Numbered from the stretch's first letter, positions 8,663 to 18,408 are shown. The stretch: 64,000 nucleotides of DNA from Candidatus Uhrbacteria bacterium (GCA_016206085.1 JACQSF010000005.1:1337-65336), one strand, 5' to 3'. Numbers and translations: made by a program. Notes: generated by a model from the sequence alone, not told the origin.

Positions 8663-9277
8663 TTAACGTGAGTAAAACTCAACAATCAATGTCGGGTCAA
8701 AATCTTGTTTAAGGTCTTCTCCCTCTGGAACAGCTGTAATCTTTCCGGTATTCATTTTTTCATCACGAAAAATCCACGAAGGGAGCGTGCTGGTCTTCAT
8801 CGCTTCCGGAATGTTTTTTACAAGGCCTGTTTCCCATTTTGAGGGTTTGATGGAAATGACGTCTCCAATGGACACGTTAAATGAGGGGATGTCCACGCGT
8901 TTCTCATTCACCATGATGAAACCATGTCCAACCATCTGACGAGCCTGGCGGCGAGTCTTGACCCAACCAAGGCGATAGACAACATTATCCAAACGCAATT
9001 CCAAATACTGAACGAGGTGTACGGAGGTGTTTCCGCCCGAACGATTTGCCTTGTCAAAATAATTCTCAAATTGACGTTCAAGAATGCCGTAAATCGCTTT
9101 CGCTTTCTGCTTTTCCTTCAGCTGTTCACCGTAGGAGGAAAGACGGGATCGGCCGACGGCTTGCTTTGGACCGTGGACACCTGGCGGGTACGAACGTCGT
9201 CGAACGTACTTCTCTTTGCCAAGCGTAATTCCAAGGCGTCGTGAGCGTTTTACAATGGGGGTTCGGAAGGTAGCCAT
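8663..9277 (-). CDS. rpsD: 30S ribosomal protein S4
   Basis: RLSSYGEQLKEKQKAKAIYGILERQFENYF and an S4 domain (LDNVVYRLGWVKTRRQARQMVGHGFIMVN). Confidence 0.95.
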   Translation of the reverse strand: MATFRTPIVKRSRRLGITLGKEKYVRRRSYPPGVHGPKQAVGRSRLSSYGEQLKEKQKAKAIYGILERQFENYFDKANRSGGNTSVHLVQYLELRLDNVVYRLGWVKTRRQARQMVGHGFIMVNEKRVDIPSFNVSIGDVISIKPSKWETGLVKNIPEAMKTSTLPSWIFRDEKMNTGKITAVPEGEDLKQDFDPTLIVEFYSR

Positions 9278-9280
9278 ATC

Positions 9281-9682
9281 TTAAACGCGTCGTGGTTTTG
9301 GTTGACGGCACCCGTTATGGGGAAGAGGGGTTAAATCCTTAATAGAAAGCACCTGGAAACCGTTTGCATTGAGGGCTCGAATAGCCGAATCTCGACCGGT
9401 TCCAACGCCGCTCACGAAGACATTCACTTCTCTAAGTCCTGTTTCTTTCACGCGGTCAGCAGCCGTTTTTACAACAATACTTGCGGCGTAAGGGGTCGAT
9501 TTTTTTGGACCCTTAAAGCCACAGTTTCCTGCGCTCGACCATCCAAGCGCATTCCCATTGAGATCCGTTAGCGTAACAATCGTGTTGTTGAAGGTTGCTT
9601 GAATATAGGCACAGCCCTGAGAGACCTGCCGAATGACTTTCTTTTTTGAGCGAGGTTTGGCTATCGTCGTCTGTTCTGCCAT
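9281..9682 (-). CDS. rpsK: 30S ribosomal protein S11
   Basis: AYIQATFNNTIVTLTDLNGNALGWSSAG...KGPKKSTPYAA. The start was moved to ATG 9682; the track ORF overlaps rpsM. Confidence 0.93.
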   Translation of the reverse strand: MAEQTTIAKPRSKKKVIRQVSQGCAYIQATFNNTIVTLTDLNGNALGWSSAGNCGFKGPKKSTPYAASIVVKTAADRVKETGLREVNVFVSGVGTGRDSAIRALNANGFQVLSIKDLTPLPHNGCRQPKPRRV

Positions 9683-9689
9683 AGGAGAG

Positions 9690-10076
9690 TTACGTCTTTG
9701 TGAGGGTTCGGCGGCCGCTTCCCATTGTCTTACGAGCGTTTCCACGAACGGTGCGAGAGTTACTCTTCGTGCGTTGTCCACGAACCGGCAGACTCTTCGC
9801 GTGGCGAGTTCCTCGGTACGAACCGATTTCTTTTAACCGCTTGATACTCGAGAGACGATCACGTCGGAGGTCTCCTTCAAGACGGAAGTTCTTCTCAAGC
9901 AGGGTACGGATCGCATTCACTTGATCATCCGTGAGATTCTTTGTTCGGATGTTTTCATCTACCGTTGCCTGGGCGAGGATTTTTTTTGACGTTGACAGAC
10001 CAACACCGTATACATAGGTGAGGGCGATGACGATACGTTTGTCGTTTGGAATGGAGATACCAGCAATACGTGCCAT
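9690..10076 (-). CDS. rpsM: 30S ribosomal protein S13
   Basis: [34 protein letters not shown]. Confidence 0.95.
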   Translation of the reverse strand: MARIAGISIPNDKRIVIALTYVYGVGLSTSKKILAQATVDENIRTKNLTDDQVNAIRTLLEKNFRLEGDLRRDRLSSIKRLKEIGSYRGTRHAKSLPVRGQRTKSNSRTVRGNARKTMGSGRRTLTKT

Positions 10077-10081
10077 AGAAG

Positions 10082-10195
10082 TTATCCTTGTCGTTGCTTA
10101 TGACGTGGGTTCTTACAAATCACAACCACCCGACCTTCACGACGGATGACTTTACAATCACGACAAATTTTTTTTGCTGATGCTCGTACTTTCAT
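10082..10195 (-). CDS. rpmJ: 50S ribosomal protein L36
   Basis: Own translation gives [37 protein letters not shown] (37 aa). The gene is too short for the supplied ORF track. Confidence 0.9.
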   Translation of the reverse strand: MKVRASAKKICRDCKVIRREGRVVVICKNPRHKQRQG

Positions 10196-10232
10196 AACGA
10201 CAAACGTCATCGATCCCTTCGATGACGCTGGG

Positions 10233-10454
10233 TCAAAAACGATACACGACCCGACCCTTCGTCAGATCGTAAGGACTGATTTCCACCTTGACTTCATCTC
10301 CTGGAAGAAGACGGATTCTGAATTTCCGCATTTTTCCTGAGAGGTGACCCGTGATGAACTGTCCATTTTCTAATTTAATTTTGAAGTTCGCGGCCGGCAG
10401 AAGCTCCTCAACCGTTCCCCGCATCTCAATGAAATCTTTTGACGCATTTACCAT
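10233..10454 (-). CDS. infA: translation initiation factor IF-1
   Basis: [65 protein letters not shown]. The start was moved to ATG 10454. Confidence 0.9.
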   Translation of the reverse strand: MVNASKDFIEMRGTVEELLPAANFKIKLENGQFITGHLSGKMRKFRIRLLPGDEVKVEISPYDLTKGRVVYRF

Positions 10455-10576
10455 AAGAAATAGCGACCGCATTCTAGCACCTGCGTACAAAATCAGCAAG
10501 AAATCAATGAGTTTAGGGCGCCGGTATTGTACTGATGAACGGTATTACTGTCAAGAATCAATAGTGGATAGCTTTT

Positions 10577-12346
10577 TTACTCTAAAATGGCCTTAATTCT
10601 GCGCACTCCTCCAGCAACCGCCTCCTCCTTTACAATTTTGAAGTGACCTAAAAGTCCTGTGTGTTGAACATGTGGACCCCCACAAACCTCCTTACTGTAG
10701 TATTCTCCGGTTGCTTCATTCCCGATGAGGTAGACCTTGATCTTATCTCCCAGTGTGGCGTACTTGTCCTCAAAAAGTCCAATCGCCCCACGAGACTTTG
10801 CTTCTTCCAGAGTGAGCATCAGAAAATGAACTGGGAGATCCTTGCGAATGTTCTCGTTTACCAAATTTTCGACTTCAAGTACCTGTTCTGCCGTCATCTT
10901 CTCAGGATGTGAAAAATCAAATCGAAGACGCTCGGGAGTAATGTTAGACCCCTTTTGTGCGACATGAGAACCCAACACAGATCGCAATGCCTGGTGCAAC
11001 ATATGTGTTGCTGTGTGAAGTTTCACCGTCGCCTCCGAGGTGTCGGCAAGTCCGCCGGCAAACTTCTGCTCCGAACCGGCGCGGGAAAGATCTTGATGTT
11101 TCTTGAACTCGGCTTCAAACGAATCGTGGTCGATCTCCTGTCCGTACTCCCGAGCGATCTCCTCGGTAAGCTCCAATGGGAATCCGAATGTCTGGTACAA
11201 ATCAAATGCATTAACCCCTGTGATGTTTTTGTTTCTTTCCCAAAGTTTTAACACCTCACGTTCCCCTTTTTCGAGCGTCTTGGTAAATCGCTCCTGCTCT
11301 TTTTGAATTTCCTCGAGGATGATCGTCTTTTGTTGACCTAGTGAAGGATAGGCTTCACGAAGGGTCTCTATGGCTGATTCAGCAATTGAAACAAAAAATG
11401 CTGGATCGCCGGCCACCTGTTTATAGGTTCGAATGGCTCGACGTAGAAGTCGACGCAAGATATACCCTTGGTCTTTGTTGGATGGAACCATCCCATCGGC
11501 AATAATCATGATAGCGGCTCGAAGATGATCCACGATAATACGTCCATGACGCGAAACGTGTGCAGCATCAGAATGAAGATGGAGTGTTTGAAAAATCGGT
11601 ACAAATAATTCGGTATCAAATACACTTCGCGTCCCATTGAGCACCACGAGCGTGCGCTCAAGTCCCATGCCTGTGTCTACATTGGGTTTTTCCAGCTTTT
11701 CAAACGTTCCATCTTCACGTTTGTTGTACTGCATGAAGACATCATTCCAAATTTCAACCCAACGATGATCCTCTGGATCAAAATTCTCAGGAGCAGCTTC
11801 ATCGCCCACCCAATAAAACATTTCTGTATCCGGTCCGCATGGACCCGTCTGTCCGGCTGGTCCCCACCAATTATCTTTCTTTCCAAGCTTGGCAATTCGC
11901 TTTTCAGAGATGCCCTGGCTCACCCATAATTGGTAGGCCTCCTCATCAAACGGTGCATCCGAGTCGCCGGCGAAAACAGAAACGGCGAGTTTCTTAACGG
12001 GGATTCCCAATTCTCTCGTAAGAAACTCGTAACTCCACTCGATGGCCTCTTTTTTGAAATAGTCCTGGAGCGACCAGTTTCCCAGCATCTCAAAAAATGT
12101 GAGGTGCGTGTCGTCACCCACCTCTTCAATATCCCCGGTACGAACGCATTTTTGTACGCTCGTAAGTCGACGCCCTTGCGGATGCGGTTCACCCAGCAGA
12201 TACGGAACCAGTGGGTGCATCCCCGCGGTCGTAAACAAAACCGTCGGATCGTTTTCTGGAATGAGAGAGGCCGATGGGATTCTCTTGTGTCCTTGAGATT
12301 CGAAGAATTTCAAATATTTTTCTCGAAGTTCCTGGGCAGTCATCAT
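10577..12346 (-). CDS. alaS: alanine--tRNA ligase (short form, no C-Ala domain)
   Basis: ELREKYLKFFESQGHKRIPSASLIPENDPTVLFTTAGM, plus editing-domain motifs HTATHMLHQALR and CGGPHV. The protein is about 590 aa. ATG 12346 is preferred over the TTG at 12385. Confidence 0.9.
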   Translation of the reverse strand: MMTAQELREKYLKFFESQGHKRIPSASLIPENDPTVLFTTAGMHPLVPYLLGEPHPQGRRLTSVQKCVRTGDIEEVGDDTHLTFFEMLGNWSLQDYFKKEAIEWSYEFLTRELGIPVKKLAVSVFAGDSDAPFDEEAYQLWVSQGISEKRIAKLGKKDNWWGPAGQTGPCGPDTEMFYWVGDEAAPENFDPEDHRWVEIWNDVFMQYNKREDGTFEKLEKPNVDTGMGLERTLVVLNGTRSVFDTELFVPIFQTLHLHSDAAHVSRHGRIIVDHLRAAIMIIADGMVPSNKDQGYILRRLLRRAIRTYKQVAGDPAFFVSIAESAIETLREAYPSLGQQKTIILEEIQKEQERFTKTLEKGEREVLKLWERNKNITGVNAFDLYQTFGFPLELTEEIAREYGQEIDHDSFEAEFKKHQDLSRAGSEQKFAGGLADTSEATVKLHTATHMLHQALRSVLGSHVAQKGSNITPERLRFDFSHPEKMTAEQVLEVENLVNENIRKDLPVHFLMLTLEEAKSRGAIGLFEDKYATLGDKIKVYLIGNEATGEYYSKEVCGGPHVQHTGLLGHFKIVKEEAVAGGVRRIKAILE

Positions 12347-12385
12347 AGTGGTTGCTACTCTAACACCTTGATATTTTTGATTCAA

Positions 12386-13993
12386 TTATCCATCGGACAC
12401 AACCTCTTGTGGGCGCGACTGGCGCAAGGTGCTGCGTTTCAAGCTTTCAAAGAATCGCTTTTGTTCTTCGACGCGCAACAAGGAGGCAATTCCGACATAG
12501 ACGAGCAGTCCGAGGCCACCAGCTAAGATTGCTTGAAACAAGACACCGAAAAAACTCTCCAGAGAGAGGAACGTCAAAACAACCGGTTTGCCCAATTGCA
12601 TCACCAGACCCGCAAGCATGCCCGCAACGCTTAGTTTAAACACAAGCGTAAGAATGCTCGATTCCCTTAGTGTTCCGAGTTTTTGCCGCAGAAAAATCCA
12701 CAGCAAGAGCGCATTCACAAGTGAGGCGATCGAATAGGCAATGGCGAGCGCGATGACTCCGAATTGATCTTTGAGAAGAAACGCACTGAGAATACCCACC
12801 AGAGCTGACACTAAAGCGATGATGAGTGGTGAAAGCGTATCGTGGAGCGCATAAAACGCCCGAGCCAGGACAAAAATCATGGATTGAGGAATAAAGGTGA
12901 GGGCAAAAAAAGCAAGCGTGTCGGCTGTGGCAATGGTTGCGGCCCAATCAAACGCGCCCGCTCCGACAACAACCCGAACAATCTGCGCACGGAAAATCAA
13001 AAAAAGAAGCATCATGGGCACAAGCAAGTACAACAATTGGCGTGTTGTACTGACGATGGTTTCAATCAGACCTTGCGTGTCGTTTCGGCTTGCCATTTCA
13101 GAGAGCGTCGGAAAAACCGCGATCGCAAAAGAAACACCGATAATTCCGACAGGGAAAAATTCAATATTGTAGGCGAACTGGAAAACCGTGAGGGAGCCTA
13201 CGACAAAAGTCGACGCGATGACCGTGAGGAGCAAAAGCATCAACTGGTTGATCGCCAGTCCCACAGTCCGTGGTCCCATCAATCTGAGCATTTCTCGTAT
13301 GTCTTTTGCTCCTGGTTGGAACTTCCACTTATACCGGTATCCGCTCTCCCAGACACCAACCACCTGGACACAAAAATGAAGAAGAGCCCCAAGAACAACT
13401 CCCCATGCAAGCCCAATACTTCCAACGAGATCCACAAGCCACAAGGCTCCAACAATAATTCCGACATTGTAAAAAATGGGCGCGAGCGAAAAGAGGAGAA
13501 ACTTTTTTAAACTTTGAAGCACGGAACCATAAATCATGGAGATGGCTAAAAAAATCTGAGCAAGAAACATGACCCGCATGAAGTCCGCAACTCGAAGTTG
13601 CTTTGCTTCTTCGAATCCTGGAGAAACGAGTATCGCGAGCGGTTCGGCAAACAGAACAAGTCCTAGGGAAACGACAACAATCACTCCTCCAATCAAATGC
13701 AGCGCGTTATTCGTAAATTCCCAGGCCCGCGCCTTCTTGAGAGGTTTCTGGTAATGGGATAAAAAAAGAGGAATGAAACTGGCCGAAAGAGCACCGACAA
13801 CAATTAAACTAAACAACAAGTCCGGAATCTTGAACGCGGCGTAATAGACATCAAGTGTATCCCCTGCTCCGAATGTTCCCGCCAGGATTCGGTCGCGAAC
13901 AAGGCCAACAATACGACTCGCAAACGAAAACACTCCCACAATCGTCGCGGCTCCCATAATGGTTTTTGATTCTCGCTGAAGAAATTTAAGCAT
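12386..13993 (-). CDS. murJ: lipid II flippase MurJ (MviN)
   Basis: IVGVFSFASRIVGLVRDRILAGTFGAGDTLDVYYAAFKIPDLLF and about 14 TM segments. Confidence 0.85.
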   Translation of the reverse strand: MLKFLQRESKTIMGAATIVGVFSFASRIVGLVRDRILAGTFGAGDTLDVYYAAFKIPDLLFSLIVVGALSASFIPLFLSHYQKPLKKARAWEFTNNALHLIGGVIVVVSLGLVLFAEPLAILVSPGFEEAKQLRVADFMRVMFLAQIFLAISMIYGSVLQSLKKFLLFSLAPIFYNVGIIVGALWLVDLVGSIGLAWGVVLGALLHFCVQVVGVWESGYRYKWKFQPGAKDIREMLRLMGPRTVGLAINQLMLLLLTVIASTFVVGSLTVFQFAYNIEFFPVGIIGVSFAIAVFPTLSEMASRNDTQGLIETIVSTTRQLLYLLVPMMLLFLIFRAQIVRVVVGAGAFDWAATIATADTLAFFALTFIPQSMIFVLARAFYALHDTLSPLIIALVSALVGILSAFLLKDQFGVIALAIAYSIASLVNALLLWIFLRQKLGTLRESSILTLVFKLSVAGMLAGLVMQLGKPVVLTFLSLESFFGVLFQAILAGGLGLLVYVGIASLLRVEEQKRFFESLKRSTLRQSRPQEVVSDG

Positions 13994-13995
13994 GG

Positions 13996-15123
13996 CTACT
14001 CCTGTTTCTTTCCAAGACGAACGAATGAAGCAACACCAATGAGCAGCAAGACAAGTAATGAGATCACCGAAGTGAGAATGAGTGGATTCTTCAGGTGAAA
14101 AAAGGGAACGAAAACCGTGGTTGTTTCCGAGATTATTTTCCCACTCTTATCCGTTATTGTTAACGTAACAGGAAACGCTCCCGACGTGTTATACACATGT
14201 TGGATATCAGACTTGGATGACGTCACTCCATCGCCAAAATTCCAAATGCTCACAACCTGTTCCGATCTATTTGTTCGTACCGTAAATGTGAATGCATTCC
14301 AATCGTCTTGCGTATAGGTAAAAACCGCGTTAGGCGATAGGTGAATCTCTTGATCGTCTACGGAAACCTCTGGTGGCTTTTCCTGTGTTGTGGGCACCGA
14401 CTCTTTGATTGTTTTTGCTACTTCCTCAACGATTTTTTGAAAGGCCTCTGAGCTTGGAACGGCCGTCTCCTGTGCGACTGGCTCGGGTTCTTCTTCAACA
14501 ACCGTTTGGTCAGCATCCGTTGGATAGGCGTCATCCTGGTCTGTCACACCATCTCCATCCGTGTCTTGCTGTGTTGAGTTTGTGCTCAGCTCCGCTTCGA
14601 CTTCATCGGATAGTCCATCATTATCATCGTCTGGGTCACATACATCCCCTTGCCCATCTGCGTCCGTATCCAGCTGGGCATTGTTGGATTCGTCTGGACA
14701 GTTGTCATTTGCATTGTCGATCCCGTCACGATCATTGTCTACAACGGGAGTGAACGTCGACGTGAGCGCTGAATCATTACTTGAGTTAATATCAATCGGA
14801 TCCATTCCTCGAAGGAGCGCTAAGATATTGAACGAACCCTCAGGAACAATAAAATCAATATAGACTTCTTCGGGACTCCCATCAGCAAGCAGAGAGATCA
14901 CGAGCGAATCGTCAATAAGGGTTGCTCCTTGATAGAAGCTCACATAGCCCGATACATCCTCGTCCCCAACGTTATACACTTTTGCATAAATACGAACCTG
15001 ATCCCCAGCGACAAGAACGTCGGAAGAAAAACGGATATCTGTCGGACTGATAGACAAATCTGCAGCCGCGTGTGCTGCTAGAGGAAGAAGGAAGAATCCA
15101 AGGACAATAAAAAAAGGCTTCAT
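13996..15123 (-). CDS. secreted, C-terminally membrane-anchored mosaic protein (CARDB-like, thrombospondin type-3 Ca-binding repeats, PKD domain)
   Basis: Signal peptide MKPFFIVLGFFLLPLAAHA. CARDB-like VAGDQVRIYAKVYNVGDEDVSG. TSP3-like DNDRDGIDNANDNCPDESNNAQLDTDADGQGDVCDPDDDNDGLSD. PKD-like WNFGDGVTSS...YNTSGAFPVTLTITD. C-terminal TM helix. Confidence 0.6.
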   Translation of the reverse strand: MKPFFIVLGFFLLPLAAHAAADLSISPTDIRFSSDVLVAGDQVRIYAKVYNVGDEDVSGYVSFYQGATLIDDSLVISLLADGSPEEVYIDFIVPEGSFNILALLRGMDPIDINSSNDSALTSTFTPVVDNDRDGIDNANDNCPDESNNAQLDTDADGQGDVCDPDDDNDGLSDEVEAELSTNSTQQDTDGDGVTDQDDAYPTDADQTVVEEEPEPVAQETAVPSSEAFQKIVEEVAKTIKESVPTTQEKPPEVSVDDQEIHLSPNAVFTYTQDDWNAFTFTVRTNRSEQVVSIWNFGDGVTSSKSDIQHVYNTSGAFPVTLTITDKSGKIISETTTVFVPFFHLKNPLILTSVISLLVLLLIGVASFVRLGKKQE

Positions 15124-15842
15124 AGGCGGTCTCGTTCCTTTGTTGCCGGATGACCAAACGTATAGTGGAACCGATTGTGACGGATGGGGCCCAGAAACGC
15201 CAAGTGAAGTTCTGCCAATAAATACTTGATGGCGATCTTCATCCGTCCATCTCGATCAAGCCGACGAATGGAAACCGGAATTTTTGTCGATTTTAAAAAA
15301 CCAAAATATCCATGTTCTACTGCACGACGGGCATAATCATGGTCTTCACAGAAGGTCACTCGTTCATCAAATCCCCCAATTTTTTCATGAAGCGTACGAC
15401 GTGTCAGCATACAAAATCCTGGAGCGTGCGGATACAGAGACCCCCAAGCGCGAGCATAGGTGTTGTACGCTTGGTGAAGAAAATGATCGAGGTACTGTTC
15501 AGAAAGTGGAAATACGTCACACGTAGCGAGATCGAGTTTACGCTCCAACATCTCCCCGACGGCTTTCTCTAAAAACTCTGGATCGCGGAGCTCAACATCG
15601 GCATCCAAAAAAAGGATGAACGTTGTTTGCACTTCACGAGCTCCCGCGTTTCGACCAAAAGAAATGAGCCCCCCCTCCACAACCCTTGCCCCGAATGATC
15701 GAGCGATCTCTCGTGTACGATCTGTTGATTGTGCATCAGCCACAATAACCTCTGCAGGACGCATGGTCTGTTTAGAAATGGATTCAAGAAGACGAGGAAG
15801 ATACGCTTCCTCATTTTTTGTCGGAATAACAATCGTCAACAT
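15120..15842 (-). CDS. glycosyltransferase family 2
   Basis: MLTIVIPTKNEEAYLPRLLESISKQTMRPAEVIVADAQSTDRT and FLDADV. Confidence 0.75.
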   Translation of the reverse strand: MLTIVIPTKNEEAYLPRLLESISKQTMRPAEVIVADAQSTDRTREIARSFGARVVEGGLISFGRNAGAREVQTTFILFLDADVELRDPEFLEKAVGEMLERKLDLATCDVFPLSEQYLDHFLHQAYNTYARAWGSLYPHAPGFCMLTRRTLHEKIGGFDERVTFCEDHDYARRAVEHGYFGFLKSTKIPVSIRRLDRDGRMKIAIKYLLAELHLAFLGPIRHNRFHYTFGHPATKERDRL

Positions 15843-15851
15843 AGGTCTATT

Positions 15852-16301
15852 TTAGCTTGGTCGACGTGTAAGGGCAAACAACGCAATCCCCGTCGCGACA
15901 GAAACATTGAGAGACTGTTTGCGACCGATCATGGGGATCTCCAGAGTCACGTCGCATTGAGCCAAAAGAGGAGCCTCAATGCCGGAGACTTCATTACCCA
16001 GGATGATCGCATTTTGTCCGATTGGACAAAATTGATCGATGCGTGTTGTCTGTGGACCATTTTCCAGGGCAAGAATTGTGCACCCTCTTAACCTTAGTTG
16101 AGCAACAAGATCGAGAACGTCTTGTGCCCGCTCCCAGGCGACTCGGTGCTCACTCCCCAGTGCCACCTTCGCAATCTCTTTGCGCGGAGGCGTGCCTGTA
16201 ATACCGGTCAAATAGAGCTTCTCCACGCCAAAGACATCACACGCCCGGAAGATCGAACCGACGTTATGGAGCGAGCGAATATTGTGCGCGATAACAATCA
16301 T
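15852..16301 (-). CDS. SpoU/TrmH-family RNA 2'-O-methyltransferase
   Basis: NIRSLHNVGSIFRACDVFG...ILGNEVSGI...IPMIGRKQSLNVSVATGIALF (SPOUT knot motifs). The start was moved to ATG 16301. Confidence 0.8.
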   Translation of the reverse strand: MIVIAHNIRSLHNVGSIFRACDVFGVEKLYLTGITGTPPRKEIAKVALGSEHRVAWERAQDVLDLVAQLRLRGCTILALENGPQTTRIDQFCPIGQNAIILGNEVSGIEAPLLAQCDVTLEIPMIGRKQSLNVSVATGIALFALTRRPS

Positions 16302-16342
16302 AGCTTGTAAAAATAGCCGTAAACACGTACTCTGCCCGCGAT

Positions 16343-17470
16343 ATGTCCAGCCCCTGTCCTCAGAAGGATGTGTGCGGTTCCTGTTCCTGGTCACACATCC
16401 TATATGAGAAACAACTCAAGCAAAAACGCTCCGACATCAACGGCTCATTTGGCTTGAAAAAGCTTCCACCGTGGTGCGAGACCATCCTCCCATCCCCGGT
16501 GACCGAACATTACCGCAACCGGATGGATTTTGTGATCGACTTTGAAGGACGGGTCGGGATGCGGGAGAAGGGCAAATGGTGGAGGGTCGTTGATGGAAAC
16601 ACGTGCTTTCTCGCGGACAAGCAGATTGATGACTTGTTTGTGAAGGTTCGGGAGTGGGTGAAGCAAAGTGGTTTGTCGTACTACGATCGAAAAGCCCACA
16701 CAGGATTTCTGCGCTACGCTGTGATCCGATCGACCACGCTGGGAGAGACGATGGTCAATCTCGTGACCTCTGTTCTACCCGATGAGGAGGCAATCGATTT
16801 TGTCCGATCGGACAAAATCGTATCAGCTCCATTTCACCCAACGACCTTCATCTGGTTCCAAAACTCAACGATCACGGACGTGAGCTTCGGTGACACACTC
16901 AAAATCATCTCCGGACCTGGGTTCGTCGAGGAAGAAATCCTCGGACACCGCTACCGCATCAGCCCCAACGCCTTCTTCCAAACCAACCCCCATGGAGCAG
17001 CACTCCTCCTCCAAACGGTCGAAGAGTTTTGCGGAGATCTGTCGGGAAAAACCTTACTCGACCTCTACTGTGGTTCCGGATTTTTTTCCGTTGCACTCGC
17101 AAACCGAGCCACACGCGCAATCGGAGTAGAGATGGTTCAAGAGGCTATAGACGATGCTCGCGTAAATGCTCAACTCAACAATGTAAACGTCGAGTTCCAC
17201 GACGCAAAAACAGAAGAATTTGACTGGACCAAGCTTGGCGCAGATGTCGTGATCCTCGATCCACCGCGCAGTGGGATGCATGACAAGGCACTCGCGGACA
17301 TCCTGAAAAACCCACCCAAAGAAATCGTCTACGTCTCCTGCAACTTCAAGAATTTCGCGCGCGAAATGGTACAATTGCAAAAAGTCTACCGGGTCGACAC
17401 CATGCGGGCGATCGACATGTTCCCTCACACCCCGCATGTTGAACTTGTTACAAAACTCACCATCCGGTAG
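16343..17470 (+). CDS. RumA/TrmA-family RNA (uracil-5-)-methyltransferase
   Basis: N-terminal CGSCSW cluster motif, FFQTNP, SAM motif DLYCGSGFFSVALA, DPPRSG, VYVSCN and FPHTPHVE. Confidence 0.8.
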   Translation: MSSPCPQKDVCGSCSWSHILYEKQLKQKRSDINGSFGLKKLPPWCETILPSPVTEHYRNRMDFVIDFEGRVGMREKGKWWRVVDGNTCFLADKQIDDLFVKVREWVKQSGLSYYDRKAHTGFLRYAVIRSTTLGETMVNLVTSVLPDEEAIDFVRSDKIVSAPFHPTTFIWFQNSTITDVSFGDTLKIISGPGFVEEEILGHRYRISPNAFFQTNPHGAALLLQTVEEFCGDLSGKTLLDLYCGSGFFSVALANRATRAIGVEMVQEAIDDARVNAQLNNVNVEFHDAKTEEFDWTKLGADVVILDPPRSGMHDKALADILKNPPKEIVYVSCNFKNFAREMVQLQKVYRVDTMRAIDMFPHTPHVELVTKLTIR

Positions 17471-17518
17471 CCGCAGGCTTCAGCCTGCGCTGAACGCGGG
17501 CTAAAGCCCGCGGCTACC
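17466..17518. repeat. branched GC-rich hairpin repeat (ggtagccgc ... gcggctacc with two inner hairpins)
   Basis: The 9-bp outer stem encloses gcaggc-ttca-gcctgc and gcgggc-taaa-gcccgc. The element overlaps the stop of the upstream methyltransferase and ends 9 nt before era. A half copy lies at 44038-44060. Confidence 0.6.
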
Positions 17519-17527
17519 ACATACTCT

Positions 17528-18379
17528 ATGCTAAAGTCCGGATTCGTCGTCATGATTGGACGATCAAACGTTGGTAAATCAACGCTCATGAATTCCATCG
17601 TGGGTTCAAAGATCGCCATCACGACCCCCAAACCCCAAACCACTCGCTTACCCATTCAGGGCATCATTACCCGACCGGAGGGTCAGATCGTTTTTGTCGA
17701 TACTCCAGGAATTTTGCGTGGAGCAAAGGACCCGCTTTCAAAACGTCTTGCCCAGGCCGTCGGTTCGTCCCTACAGGATGTTGATGCCGTGGCTTACATT
17801 GTCGATCCTACGCGAGAGATCGGTCAGGAAGAACGCGAGGTTATGCGGATGATCGAGAGCCTCGACAAACCTAAAGTCCTTGTCATCAACAAAATCGATC
17901 TTCGCGACAAACCCTATCTCGAGTTCTACCGAGACCTTTCAGAAAACTACACGAAGACGGTTGAGGTCTCGGCTTTGCGCGGAACCCATGTCGATACGCT
18001 CGTCGAGACGCTTTTTGAACTTCTTCCTGAGGGTGAATTCTACTATCCCGAGCATCAGCTTACGGACATGCCAAATAAAATCTGGCTTGCAGAGCTCATT
18101 CGCGAGAAACTTTTTTTACGACTTCGGCAGGAGGTCCCCTACTCCACTCACGTTGTGGTGACAGATGTTGAAGAACGTGAGAACGGGATGATGTACATTG
18201 CAGGAACCATTTTTACCACAGACGACCGCTACAAGAGTATGATCATCGGACAGGGCGGTCGGGGCATCCGCGAAATCGGACAGTCCACGCGCAAGGAACT
18301 TGAAGGGGTCATGGGATCGAAAGTGTACCTTGATCTCAATGTCGAAGTGGACCCGCATTGGATGATGCGATTTGAGTAA
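17528..18379 (+). CDS. era: GTPase Era
   Basis: G1 GRSNVGKST, G2 PQTTR, G3 DTPG, G4 NKID and a C-terminal KH domain. Confidence 0.9.
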   Translation: MLKSGFVVMIGRSNVGKSTLMNSIVGSKIAITTPKPQTTRLPIQGIITRPEGQIVFVDTPGILRGAKDPLSKRLAQAVGSSLQDVDAVAYIVDPTREIGQEEREVMRMIESLDKPKVLVINKIDLRDKPYLEFYRDLSENYTKTVEVSALRGTHVDTLVETLFELLPEGEFYYPEHQLTDMPNKIWLAELIREKLFLRLRQEVPYSTHVVVTDVEERENGMMYIAGTIFTTDDRYKSMIIGQGGRGIREIGQSTRKELEGVMGSKVYLDLNVEVDPHWMMRFE

Positions 18380-18408
18380 AAAACGCAGCCTCACGGGGCT
18401 GCTTTTTT
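18380..18408 (+). terminator. Rho-independent terminator after era
   Basis: gcagcc-tcacgg-ggctgc followed by tttttt. It overlaps the 3' end of the convergent lipoprotein gene. Confidence 0.5.
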
